Below are positions 53,263 through 63,226 of a stretch of DNA of 64,000 nt, piece by piece. Source of the DNA: Nitrospirota bacterium. Lineage in GTDB: Bacteria > Nitrospirota > UBA9217. The position numbers and the translations under genes were made by a program. The DNA lies in NCBI GenBank assembly GCA_963751455.1, contig CAVVUN010000002.1, positions 224,001-288,000 on the forward strand, given 5' to 3'. Numbering within the stretch: the first letter of the stretch is position 1; the number at the start of each line of letters is the position of its first letter. Under the pieces are notes generated by a model. It was not told the origin of the DNA and ran no database searches. It saw only the letters and a program-made list of their open reading frames with translations.

Positions 53263-54684
53263 ATGAAAATCACGATCCTCCTGCTTTCGCTTTTAATCAT
53301 GATTCCCGTGGTTGCCGGGACGGAAACCGTTGTCCCGGACGCTGATCCGCGCTCCACGGCTGTCGCCGGCTCCGGCCGCGTGATAAACAGGGAAATGCTG
53401 GTCCAGGAGCCGGTGTTTAACGGAACTGTTTATGTGACCGAGGCAGGCAAAGAGCACGATACGAGTATTGTCCTCGTGCACGGCGCGGGCGACCGTGCGG
53501 CGAGGGACTGGGAAGCCGTGATCCCGGGGCTCGCTCAACGGTACCACGTTCTGGCCTTCGATCTTCCCGGTTACAGCCGCTCAAGCAAAAGCAATCTGCT
53601 CTATTCGCCTGCGCGGTATGCAGTGTTCATACAGTGGCTGGTCAACCGGTATGTCGGGCAAAAACCCTTTGTGCTGGCAGGTCATTCCATGGGCGGCGCG
53701 ATAGCGCTCCGGTATGCGGTTGACTATCCGGACCGTCTGCAGCGCCTCATCCTGGTGGATGCAGCCGGTATACTTCATCGTACAGCCTTCCTCAAAGGGA
53801 TGTATACGATGAAGGAACGGGAGGCGGGGGCGGGAATGCGGCTGCTGCTGAGGACCGATGAGTTTGATGACTTTGTCCGGTTCATCTTCGACGAGCTGTC
53901 TAATGACGAGCGGGCCGGGAAAATGGAACAAGCACTGCACAGCGCCCCTCTGCGTAAACTTATGCTTGGCGGCGATCCTAAAAAGATCTCCGGCTTGGCC
54001 ACTATACTGGAGGACTTCAGCGCAGGCGTTGAACAGCTCCGGGTCCCGACGCTGCTTATCTGGGGAGGAGACGACACTATCGCGCCGATACGAACAGCCA
54101 AGGCGCTTCTGGGTCGACTGCCGGAGGCCCGCCTGGAAACTATTGCCGGGTCGGGGCATGTGCCCATGATGGACAACCCGGAAGAATTCTTGAGAATAGT
54201 GAAGTCGGAGCTCGTTCCCGGACGCGCGCAAGACTCCGCAAAGCAGGTTACCGCGCCGCAGAAGTCTGAAACCCGAATTGTTCGCTTCAATCATCAGCGT
54301 GATCTTGTATTAACGGGAAGTTATAAGAAAATCGAATTGAATCACTGTACCGGGGTAAGGATCGCCAACGCGACCATCGATCAGATCGAGATTTCACACT
54401 CGGATGTTATTTTTGAAAATTGCCGCATTGCCGGCACTGCAATTGGGCTCCGTGCAGTGCGTTCTGAGATCATCGGCACGAATCTCGATATCGAGGCCGA
54501 AACGGCAATTCATGCTTCCCGCAGCCGTATTGATCTGGCAGGGTCCAGGCTCCGCGGAAAGAAGGCGGCTGTTGCGTCCGTCAACCGCTCACTGCTGATC
54601 TTTTCGATCAGCCATTCTGAAAGTCCTCATTATTCCGGCCCTATCCATGGGTCGAGAACAATAACCCGCAAATCGCCCTTGTAA
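53263..54684 (+). CDS. exported alpha/beta hydrolase with C-terminal beta-helix-like domain
   Basis: LVHG, GHSMGG, WGGDD, GHVPM; periodic beta-rich tail. Confidence 0.85.
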   Translation: MKITILLLSLLIMIPVVAGTETVVPDADPRSTAVAGSGRVINREMLVQEPVFNGTVYVTEAGKEHDTSIVLVHGAGDRAARDWEAVIPGLAQRYHVLAFDLPGYSRSSKSNLLYSPARYAVFIQWLVNRYVGQKPFVLAGHSMGGAIALRYAVDYPDRLQRLILVDAAGILHRTAFLKGMYTMKEREAGAGMRLLLRTDEFDDFVRFIFDELSNDERAGKMEQALHSAPLRKLMLGGDPKKISGLATILEDFSAGVEQLRVPTLLIWGGDDTIAPIRTAKALLGRLPEARLETIAGSGHVPMMDNPEEFLRIVKSELVPGRAQDSAKQVTAPQKSETRIVRFNHQRDLVLTGSYKKIELNHCTGVRIANATIDQIEISHSDVIFENCRIAGTAIGLRAVRSEIIGTNLDIEAETAIHASRSRIDLAGSRLRGKKAAVASVNRSLLIFSISHSESPHYSGPIHGSRTITRKSPL

Positions 54685-54783
54685 GTTTAATTTTTGATCA
54701 AGTCGTAAGAAGCCTTGTCTCACACAAAGCCATGAAGCCGCAAAGTTAAAAATTGAATCTTACTTTTGGCTCATTTCAGAATA

Positions 54784-55294
54784 TCAGTCCGCCGTTCCGG
54801 TCAAATACTGATTTTCCGCAGGCCAGATATCCATTACCTGCCTCAGCAATGCGAATTCTCCGATATGATACGCGTTATGGTCCGCAGCAACCAGAATTTC
54901 CCTGAAGACGGTATAGTTTTTTGCGTGCGGGATAGGGCCGAAAAGGTCTGTCCCGGGGTCTTCGACTATGCGCTCCAGGGCCTTCAAATCGGCGCGAAAA
55001 GCGCTCACTGTTTTTTTCCACTGTCTCTCATCGGCCCGCTGGTCCGGGCGCGGCCGGTAACCTTGCAGGGTAGTCCGGCGACACATGGTTCGGGTTCCGA
55101 ATAAATTCCAGGATGTCCCACTGGGCGATCCTCATATGCTCCAGAAAATGCCACGGAGTATAAGGGACACGGGAAGCTTTCCTGTTGATGTATTCCATCG
55201 GAAAGCTGTCTATAGCCTCGATAAACTCCATATGCGCGTTCCCGCCTTCGAGAAGCGCGAGCAGTTCTTTCCGGACAACCTTGTCAGCGTTCAT
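54784..55294 (-). pseudogene. DinB-family protein split by +1 frameshift near 55066
   Basis: GGNAH, WHFLEHMRIAQWDI then DHNAYHIGE in a second frame; removing one C gives DYPEGYRP. Confidence 0.75.
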
Positions 55295-55337
55295 CGATTA
55301 TCCTTTTGAAGCCCCAGGGAGAGCTCTTATTCTTAAT

Positions 55338-55501
55338 CCTAAAAACGGCATTTGAACACGGATGAACACGGAAACAGCGGATCAAAACAATGTGATAGAG
55401 CAAAAAGCCATCTCGCCTTTTGGGTGAATCCATTACTGTTCGTAACTTCCTATAAATCCGTGTTGATCAGATTTTATCCGTGTCCAACTGCTTTTTTCAG
55501 G
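55338..55501. mobile_element. 164-bp MITE-like element, copy 1 of 3
   Basis: Inverted copies at 60559-60722 and 62681-62844; TTAAT direct repeat. Confidence 0.9.
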
Positions 55502-55628
55502 TTAATTGATGGACGACCGCCAACTTCGCTAGGACGTGGGACGAAACATCTTCCATCTCCGTGTCCTTCCAGTTTCGCTCGTCCATCGTCCCTCGTCCGT
55601 CTGGTTTTCATCCGCCGTCTCTCGCGTT

Positions 55629-56545
55629 TTACGCCGCATAAATCAGCGAGCTCTTCCATTCTTCTGCCAGTTCCTGTGCAAAGTTCTCAAAGGCTCGCGG
55701 CTGATGCCCGAGCAGCTTCAGTTGTTTTTCCAGGTCGCCTTTGCTTGCGACCATGCCGTGGTCCTGGAAAAATTTGTACATGATCCGGTTATCCCGGTAA
55801 AGCCATTCCGGCATCACATTTTTTACATGCTGCACCCAAACGTCGAGATCGTTTCCCGCATACCGGACATCACGGCCTACGTATTTGCTATAAACCCTGG
55901 CCATATCGTTGGCGGTGAGGAGGTCGGGACCATGGAGCGAATAAGTCTCTCCATCATGGCCGGGCTCTGTCAGCGCGTTTACGGCGCAGTCCGCAACATC
56001 ACGGGCATCGACCCTGTCTACTCCCATCGAACCGAGAGGCGTAGGATAAATTCCGTATGCCGTAATGATGCTTATTATCGACCGGTCGTTCTGGAAAAAT
56101 CGTTCGGTCTCAGAATGGTGTACGGAATGCCCGATTCCTTTATTGCATTCTCGACAGCGATCTTGCTTTTGAAATGTGGAATAATATCCGATCCCCTGGG
56201 CATATATACGGACATATAGACGATCTTATTTACACCGGCAGTTCTGGCAGCCTCGACCACGGTCAAGCCCTGGGCCGTCTCATTGGGGTCGACCACGGTC
56301 AAGCCCTGGGCCGTCTCATTGGGGTCGACCGGGATCGCGATGAAAACATTGTCAACGGCGCTGAACGCGGGTCCCAGTGTTTCGGGCTTGTCCAGGTCCG
56401 CGATCGCTACCTCGAAATTATCAGGCACGCTTCTTATTTTCTCCGGAGTGTGGGTCATGCAGCGCACGTTCACGCCTTTATCCCTCAATCCTTGAACGAC
56501 ATAGCTTCCTACCGTTCCGGTGCATCCGATTACGAGTGTTTTCAT
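55629..56545 (-). pseudogene. NmrA-like NAD(P)-binding protein, frameshift near 56097 and 36-nt internal duplication
   Basis: GCTGTVG, YTILRPN, VDARDVA; VDPNETAQGLTV duplicated. Confidence 0.8.
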
Positions 56546-56817
56546 AGTACCTCCATCTCTTTAATAAAAAAATTATTGCACCGAAGACAAGGCATGTCAA
56601 ACTGACCTCTGGATTGCACAGGAAAAAAGTAAAACGTTTAGCCGTGAAAAGGAGCAAAAGGTCGTAAAAGAAACTCAAAGACTTATAACAGTCATAATGT
56701 GCGCCTTTTGTCCATTTTTTGCGGCAAATATATTTGTTGTATAGAGCGGTGTGAGGGCGGGCATAAAAGACATGTGGGCATGCGGGAGCAGCAGGACAAA
56801 ATCTTGTTATCTAATCG

Positions 56818-57427
56818 CTAAAGCAGCAACAGCGTCATCATGGCGATTGACCAGACAATATCCATGGGGACCTGTAAGGTGCATGTGGAATCGAGCAGCA
56901 GATCTGCGCGGGCGGGAAACTCCTCGTCTTCGAGCCACAACGTTACAATGACCGGGATCCGCGGCAGCGGATGCAGACGCAAGGCTGCGTCGCCTATCTT
57001 CTCGAACTCGCCGCTCAGCTGTTTCCCCTTGGCAATGAAGGCTTCCTTGTTCCTGCCGTATTTAGCGGCGACGGGATCGAGCGGCAGAACATGCGATCCC
57101 TTCGTGAAAATCTCCCCGCCTTTGATGCTCTGGAGCTTTACAAGCGTGCCCGTACAGGCTACGTCCTTGGCATTTACCAGGTACCACAGGACCGAAAGCC
57201 GGAAAAAATAGCCGAGTTTTTTCAGCAGCACCTCGCTTCCCGGCGCTGTGCTTGATATGGTTTTGTCCTTGACGGACACTGAAAATTGCATGCCGAAGGA
57301 CGTGACAGTGTAAATACCGGATGCGGAATCACACGAAACAGCCGCGGCCCTGCATACTTCTTCGGGATTCATGGTGGCGAGCGATCTCCCACGCCTTGTC
57401 TTCTCCGGGGTTTTTTTGTTCCACCAT
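56818..57427 (-). CDS. DUF3786 protein; apparent +1 frameshift near 57382
   Basis: LPRIPV...WLEDEEFPA; upstream MVEQKNPGEDKAWEI joins LATMNPEE if one G is removed. Confidence 0.75.
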
Positions 57428-57610
57428 AATTCTTCTTATTTTGCCGTTGATGACAACGGAGTTTGTATTTACCCGTTAGAGTTCAGTGGCGATTTATGTT
57501 TCATATTAGCAGTTTCTTTTCTGTTTATCAAAGTAAAATCATACTGATATCGAAGGAGGCTATTCCTTTCGGTCGGACTGCAGTCTAAAGCAAACATAAT
57601 AATTTGTGTT

Positions 57611-57689
57611 AAATCTCCCAGGCTCCTCTTTTACAAAGAGGGAATAAAATGATCTCCCCCCTTTGGAAAAAGGGGATTAAAGGGGATTT
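57611..57689. repeat. REP-like palindrome (CTCTTTTACAAAGAG...CCCCTTTGGAAAAAGGGG)
   Basis: Two hairpins inside AAATCTCC/GGGGATTT ends. Confidence 0.6.
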
Positions 57690-57696
57690 AAGCATT

Positions 57697-57828
57697 GATG
57701 ATCTCGTAAAAAGTCGTCTCCCCGGTGAAAACCGGGGTCCAGTGGTTATCGAACTTATTGAAAAGACTGATACCGGCGTTCGCCGGTATGACGAAATTGG
57801 GTGTTTTCTGACTTCTTACGAATGCATC
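57697..57828. mobile_element. 133-bp element copy 2 (1-nt deletion)
   Basis: Reverse complement of 25126-25258; AAGCATT direct repeat. Confidence 0.9.
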
Positions 57829-58006
57829 AAGCATTAGCGATTCAACAAACAGGTAACAATTTAGTTTTGATAGTTGTACTTGTGATTTTTATTTAAAGAT
57901 GTTGCTGAAACAAAAGAGGAGAAAGAATGAGCAACAAGGGAAAGGAATTAGGGCTCTTGTGGCAACGCGGCGAGCGGGCTTTTTCTAAATTTAATGAAGG
58001 CCCTAC

Positions 58007-58363
58007 TCATTGTCGCTTCGGCCTGATAATTTTTTGCAGTTCCCGATATTGATACGGTTTCAGGATGAAAGCATCCGCTCCCGCCATAAGAAAATCGGTT
58101 GTCATGTCATCCGAGCTTACTCCGATAATAAGAGATACAGGGAACCGCCTGCGAAGTCGTTTTGTGACATCGATTCCGCTTATGTTCGGCATGCGATAAT
58201 CCGTAATGATTATATGGAAATGCTTTTCTGAGGCCGCTGCAAGCGCCGATACGCCGTCTTCACATCCGATCACTTCGAAACCGTCTGACTCCAATATGGA
58301 GCATAGTGATTCTCTGACCGCCGTAAAATCCTCAATAACTAGAACGCTTCTCTTATTCTCCAT
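58007..58363 (-). CDS. single-domain response regulator (CheY-like)
   Basis: VLVIED, ITDYRMP, FILKP. Confidence 0.9.
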   Translation of the reverse strand: MENKRSVLVIEDFTAVRESLCSILESDGFEVIGCEDGVSALAAASEKHFHIIITDYRMPNISGIDVTKRLRRRFPVSLIIGVSSDDMTTDFLMAGADAFILKPYQYRELQKIIRPKRQ

Positions 58364-58404
58364 GTTTTCTCCTGCGATTACCGGATCTCTAAAAAAGCGG
58401 TATG

Positions 58405-58492
58405 ATTATGCTACTTAAAGTTGTTATTGTCAACAGATAAATGCAACTAGCGGTTGATAGACATTTGCAGCAATCTTTCCTAAAGTACAGGC
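58405..58492. promoter_or_regulatory. divergent promoters with CAAC-N5-GTTG palindrome
   Basis: Minus TTGACA-17-CATAAT; plus TAGACA-17-TAAAGT 6 nt before ATG 58493; TGCAACTAGCGGTTGA at 58442. Confidence 0.6.
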
Positions 58493-58843
58493 ATGAAACA
58501 GCCAAGCAGGCGCATCGGCCAGATAATCAGGGAAGCCAGAAAAACGCGCGGGATGACCCAGATGAAGCTCTCGGAACTTATAGGAGTTTCCTACCAGCAG
58601 GTGCAGAAATACGAGAAGGGCAGCGACAACATCAGTGTGGAAAGGCTGAAACAGATAGCAAAGGCTCTCAACGCGCCGTTAACGCTTTTCTTCGCTTCGA
58701 CCGCTGAAACGGTTGCGGAAACCCGGGAACCATACGGGAAAATGCCGGAGGATGAAGCTTTGCTCCTGGAGCTGTACCGGCGCATAAAATCCAGAAAAGC
58801 AAAAAAGGCGATAATAGAGCTTCTGAAGACGTTTACTTCCTGA
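58493..58843 (+). CDS. XRE-family HTH regulator
   Basis: GMTQMKLSELIGVSYQQVQKYEKG. Confidence 0.92.
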   Translation: MKQPSRRIGQIIREARKTRGMTQMKLSELIGVSYQQVQKYEKGSDNISVERLKQIAKALNAPLTLFFASTAETVAETREPYGKMPEDEALLLELYRRIKSRKAKKAIIELLKTFTS

Positions 58844-58961
58844 CACATTCAAAACGAACGGCGACAAAAGACCCGACCTTCTTCCCGCCATCAGTTAAAT
58901 TCCACCCTTTAAGTGTATAAACTGTAATAACTTCTTGTTTTTAAAGAATAGTGATGCTATC

Positions 58962-59177
58962 CTAGTGTAGTGTCTCACAGACGACTGGTGTTATCATAGC
59001 GCGGCAGTAGGCCGCAGCCAAACTTGTAGGGCAAGGCTTTAGCCTTGCTGAAAGCGCCGGAACAGCAGCAACCCTAAAGGGTCGCCCTACAAATTCATCA
59101 GCAAATATTTATGCGAAGATAAGTTTTCGATGAGAAATCATCATATAACACCGTCCATTTAAGAGACACTACACTAG
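58962..59177. mobile_element. MITE-like element, 15-bp perfect TIR CTAGTGTAGTGTCTC enclosing a GTAG-type REP doublet (59024-59092)
   Basis: Nested IRs: TTGTAGGGCAAGGCTTTAGCCTTGC...GCAACCCTAAAGGGTCGCCCTACAA. Confidence 0.8.
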
Positions 59178-59470
59178 CGATGTCAAACGACTTCCCGCGT
59201 AAAATGCTGTAAATTTGAACTTTTCAATTTTCAATGCCGCTCATGCGGATCACGGGGGTTGCTTAGTGGCTGATATTCAATCGTTCAGGAAAGACGTTCA
59301 GTCGTTAGTCACGTCTCACCAGATAAGACACAATGTGTTATTAATGGCGAATGGTTTGAATGCCGTTATTTCGACAAACAACCCCCGGGTGTTACCAATC
59401 TCCAGATATGTGAAGATCCGAATCATAGTGCTCCGCTTGCGTTGTTTTACAATATAGCCAAAGAAAAGAA

Positions 59471-59603
59471 GATGATCTCGTAAAAAGTCGTCTCCCCGGT
59501 GAAAACCGGGGTCCAGTGGTTATCGAACTTATTGAAAAGACTGGATACCGGCGTTCGCCGGTATGACGAAATTGGGTGTTTTCTGACTTCTTACGAATGC
59601 ATC
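59471..59603. mobile_element. 133-bp element copy 3
   Basis: Reverse complement of 25126-25258; AAAGAA direct repeat. Confidence 0.9.
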
Positions 59604-59712
59604 AAAGAAGATTTGCCATCAAATTCCGAAACCCCAGAGGCATCTATTGCAGCACGGACGCACTGGTTCTCAAATGTCAGTTGGAGCAGATTGAAGCGGA
59701 GGAAAGAGAACA

Positions 59713-59928
59713 ATGAGGCTTGACGCCGGACAAATAGAGGTAGTGGACGATAAAGTCGCGGAAATAATCAAAACCAAGTCAGGCCCGGAACGGCTAAGTA
59801 TGGTTTGGGATGCATGGTCTTTTTTTGAGAAACGGATTACCGCCCATCTGAAAAGCCTGCATCCCGAATGGACGGGGGAGCAAATCCAAAAGGAAATTGT
59901 CAGGCGGGTGACTTATGGAACAGAGTGA
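59713..59928 (+). CDS. small hypothetical protein, partner of nucleotidyltransferase
   Basis: 71 aa, overlaps next gene; KSGPERL...HPEW. Confidence 0.75.
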   Translation: MRLDAGQIEVVDDKVAEIIKTKSGPERLSMVWDAWSFFEKRITAHLKSLHPEWTGEQIQKEIVRRVTYGTE

Positions 59929-60484
59929 ACTGATGCGATTGGTCGTTCATGCATTGGAAACACTGAAGATACCGTACATGATCACCGGTTCGCAGGCCTC
60001 CGCTTATTACGGTGAGCCTCGCTTTACAAGGGACATCGATATCGTAGCGGATATAAAGCCCGGGCAGGTCGAGCAGTTTGTCGCGTTTTTCCCCCAGAAT
60101 GAATATTATTGCGATAGGGACACGATCAACGAGGAAATAAAAACGCGAGGTCAATTTAATATTATTCATGCAGGTTCGGGCTTGAAAATTGACATTATCC
60201 TGACCAAAAAGACGGCATTTTCACAAGCGGAATTTCCCCGCAGGAGGAGAAGCGCCGTATTTCCTGATCAGCAGGGAGCGTTCGCCTCGCCTGAGGACGT
60301 GATCATCAAGAAGATGGAATTCTACAAGGAAGGCGGATCTGAAAAGCACCTCCGGGATATTACTGGAATTCTCAAAATCAGCGGTGATGAGGTGGACAGA
60401 CAATATATAGAAGGATGGGCACAACGCCTCGGGTTAACAGATGTATGGGAAGCGATCCTTAAAAGACTTGGTGAAAAGGAGTAG
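59915..60484 (+). CDS. Pol-beta-like nucleotidyltransferase family protein
   Basis: ITGSQAS...RFTRDIDIV, PEDVIIKK, KHLRDI. Confidence 0.82.
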   Translation: MEQSELMRLVVHALETLKIPYMITGSQASAYYGEPRFTRDIDIVADIKPGQVEQFVAFFPQNEYYCDRDTINEEIKTRGQFNIIHAGSGLKIDIILTKKTAFSQAEFPRRRRSAVFPDQQGAFASPEDVIIKKMEFYKEGGSEKHLRDITGILKISGDEVDRQYIEGWAQRLGLTDVWEAILKRLGEKE

Positions 60485-60558
60485 TAATTTTCGCAGGATG
60501 CTGCAGGAATACCGTGCTCCCGTTGTTGGTTGTATTCTTACTTGATTTTCTGTATAAT

Positions 60559-60722
60559 CCTGAAAAAAGCAGTTGGACACGGATAAAATCTGATCAACAC
60601 GGATTTATAGGAAGTTACGAACAGTAATGGATTCACCCAAAAGGCGAGATGGCTTTTTGCTCTATCACATTGTTTTGATCCGCTGTTTCCGTGTTCATCC
60701 GTGTTCAAATGCCGTTTTTAGG
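60559..60722. mobile_element. 164-bp element copy 2
   Basis: Reverse complement of 55338-55501; ATAAT direct repeat. Confidence 0.9.
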
Positions 60723-60761
60723 ATAATTCTGTACGCCTCATTTTCAAGTGAAAAATTTAAG

Positions 60762-61055
60762 ATGGATAAGAAAGATAATCACACGATAAAACAGAAATTC
60801 TCAGTGCGCCGGACAGCGCAGATAGTAATCATTTCAGGCGCGATTTTCCTGATGCTGCTTCTTACGGCAATCTACAGGCGTCCTGATCTTTTCGGTCAAT
60901 TCTCAAAGAAGAACCTTGTCTCAATGCAGATAGTGGTCATCCTCGCCTTTATCAATGTGACTGCTTTAAACTGGCGCTGCCCGTCCTGCGGAAAATACCT
61001 CGGCAACAATCTCTCACTGCATGTCTGTAAACACTGCGGGGCCAGGTTGAAATAG
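60762..61055 (+). CDS. small 2-TM protein with zinc-ribbon tail
   Basis: Two hydrophobic helices, CPSCG...CKHCG. Confidence 0.75.
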   Translation: MDKKDNHTIKQKFSVRRTAQIVIISGAIFLMLLLTAIYRRPDLFGQFSKKNLVSMQIVVILAFINVTALNWRCPSCGKYLGNNLSLHVCKHCGARLK

Positions 61056-61100
61056 TGTTCCGGCTCAAAGCACGCTGTATCTCTCATTTTTGGAGTCTTT

Positions 61101-61233
61101 CAATAACTTCGAAAAAAATCGAAATCCACCACGGAGAAACTGAGGCGCAAAGAAAAGATTTTAACAATTAGGGGCTATCCTCCGTGTTCTCCGTGGCTCT
61201 GTGGTTTAAAATCCGACTTTTTACGATTTGATC
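61101..61233. mobile_element. degenerate element with GACTTTTTACGA-type outer IR and CACGGAG/CTCCGTG core
   Basis: TCGAAAAAAATCG...CGACTTTTTACGATTTGATCAA. Confidence 0.6.
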
Positions 61234-61299
61234 AACAGTAACTTGTTGCAACACTATGCGTGATCGGTTACAATTGCGTGCCGGTAAGGATGGTGAACC

Positions 61300-61455
61300 A
61301 TGTCGGAACAGACGTTCAATATAATTCTCGCGGTTCTTTTTTTCGTAGTGCTCGGGATCGTCAAGAACCGTTTCGGCATGGGTTGAAGGACCCAGCCTGG
61401 TTCCTTCTGTAGAAGGGATGATGATCCGAAATCCGACGAGCACAAGAAACAGTAA
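61300..61455 (+). CDS. small membrane protein with in-frame TGA at 61384 (possible selenocysteine)
   Basis: MSEQTFNIILAVLFFVVLGIVKNRFGMG-TGA-RTQPGSFCRRDDDPKSDEHKKQ-TAA. Confidence 0.5.
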
Positions 61456-61472
61456 CCCGGCCCGGAGGCTTC

Positions 61473-61901
61473 ATGATCGGCACAAAGCTTTACCAGAAGA
61501 AATCCCGCGCGTTATTTTTTATCGCGATGTACGGGGTCCTCGCGCTTATCGGCCTGGGATTCATTGTTTTCTCCGTCTTGCGCGACAAGAACCCCGCGAG
61601 TATGGAAGGCTTCACATTTATCTTCGGGGCCGGCATGGCCTTTCTGACGTGGTTAAAAAGCAGAAAAGCCAGCATCGCGGTGCACGAAGAATACCTTGAA
61701 TTGAACCAGCAGAGAAAGCCTCTCTTTGTAAAATATAAGAGCATCAGCAATGTCACCCGGACAAAAGACAACCGGCTGGTGATAGCCGTGAGGGAGGGGC
61801 ATGACATCAAGAACATGAGCATCTGGCTGAAGGACCTGGAGGACGCGGACGCAGACAAGCTTGTTGAATTTTGCCGGAAAAAGAAGTGGAAGAGCCAATA
61901 A
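61473..61901 (+). CDS. hypothetical 2-TM protein with soluble C-terminal domain
   Basis: GGAGG RBS, two TM helices. Confidence 0.8.
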   Translation: MIGTKLYQKKSRALFFIAMYGVLALIGLGFIVFSVLRDKNPASMEGFTFIFGAGMAFLTWLKSRKASIAVHEEYLELNQQRKPLFVKYKSISNVTRTKDNRLVIAVREGHDIKNMSIWLKDLEDADADKLVEFCRKKKWKSQ

Positions 61902-61978
61902 ACAAACATGGGGGAAGAGGGACGATATAGCCGCGGGAGGCAAAACAGGGTCCATCGAGCAGTCAAAAAAGGGGTCAA

Positions 61979-62548
61979 ATGAACATTATTGAAAAGATCA
62001 AGAGCGTTTTCGGGAAGGGACCGGTCCTGTCGCGTCAGCAGATCCAGCGGCTCAGCAGACTTCCCAAGAACCAGGCTCAAAAAGAAGTGGGTCTTACTCT
62101 GTTCGAGATATGTGTGTCCCGAGCCAAAGAGTTTGTAAGCGGGGAGCTCAAGCGGGGGGATTCACCGTTTCGCGGAGTGTCCGGAGCTGTTTTTTTCCAC
62201 GAGATGCTGGCCGTTACATTCTGGATACTGAATAAAGAAGCCGGCGGCGGAAAGACGCTTTTAGACGAACTCCATCAAAACTACTTCAAAGCCTTCAGCG
62301 CGCTCGATACGCCGCAAGACGAGCGAAATAACACGCTTGTAACAAAGTATGAACAATATGAAGACAACTGGAATGAAATTACGGGTCATCTTGATGAGTT
62401 CGGATTATGCGTAGTACAGAACATGTTCGGTAAAGACGAAAGCGTCAAGACCCGGGAACGAACCTTCTGGATTATTCAATATGCCGACCATGCCGCGAAT
62501 ACTTTCTGCTCCTTGAAAAAGTCATTGAAACAGGTCGGAGCGTTGTAA
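61979..62548 (+). CDS. hypothetical protein
   Basis: 189-aa ORF, purine-rich RBS. Confidence 0.75.
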   Translation: MNIIEKIKSVFGKGPVLSRQQIQRLSRLPKNQAQKEVGLTLFEICVSRAKEFVSGELKRGDSPFRGVSGAVFFHEMLAVTFWILNKEAGGGKTLLDELHQNYFKAFSALDTPQDERNNTLVTKYEQYEDNWNEITGHLDEFGLCVVQNMFGKDESVKTRERTFWIIQYADHAANTFCSLKKSLKQVGAL

Positions 62549-62680
62549 TCTGCGCTTCAATTCCTCAGTACCATTCCGCTATCTCGACTAATCGAAATCC
62601 CTGTCCCATGCGAAAAAGTGCAGTTTTAAAGCGCCCGTCATAGAGATGGGTGCGCCTTCTCTGGGTTAAACAAGCATGAT

Positions 62681-62844
62681 CCTGAAAAAAGCAGTTGGAC
62701 ACGGATAAAATCTGATCAACACGGATTTATAGGAAGTTACGAACAGTAATGGATTCACCCAAAAGGCGAGATGGCTTTTTGCTCTATCACATTGTTTTGA
62801 TCCGCTGTTTCCGTGTTCATCCGTGTTCAAATGCCGTTTTTAGG
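62681..62844. mobile_element. 164-bp element copy 3
   Basis: Same orientation as 60559-60722; ATGAT direct repeat. Confidence 0.9.
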
Positions 62845-63226
62845 ATGATACAAAAAGTATCGTTAATCAACTACTGACTGTTTCTAATGGTTACAGTCAT
62901 TATATAGTATTGGAATTCCGTTACGACTGAAATTATATTTGTTACTAACTGTAATTTTGCAAATATATGAAATTACTTTATATTATCGAAACTTCTAAAT
63001 TAAGCATCTTCCCCTATTAATTCCACCTCGCCTAAGTTTAATAAAAAGTCTCATGGTTTCAAGTTCTTATTTTGTGTTACCGCCCCTAAAATCCTGGTTC
63101 CTGCCTCCGTGATTCTCTGCCAGTTCCTGGCCCGTGAACGGAATAAATATTAATTTTGCAGATTCTTTCTTTTGGTATTTTATTTGCTTTGTCTTATGCG
63201 CTTGTCGGGACTTATAGCTTTCTTTT

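Noticed and set aside
59499-59723. ORFs overlapping repeat elements (also 597-803, 9853-10188, 55352-55783, 57649-57837, N-terminus of 60627)
   Set aside because: Translations of palindromic elements.
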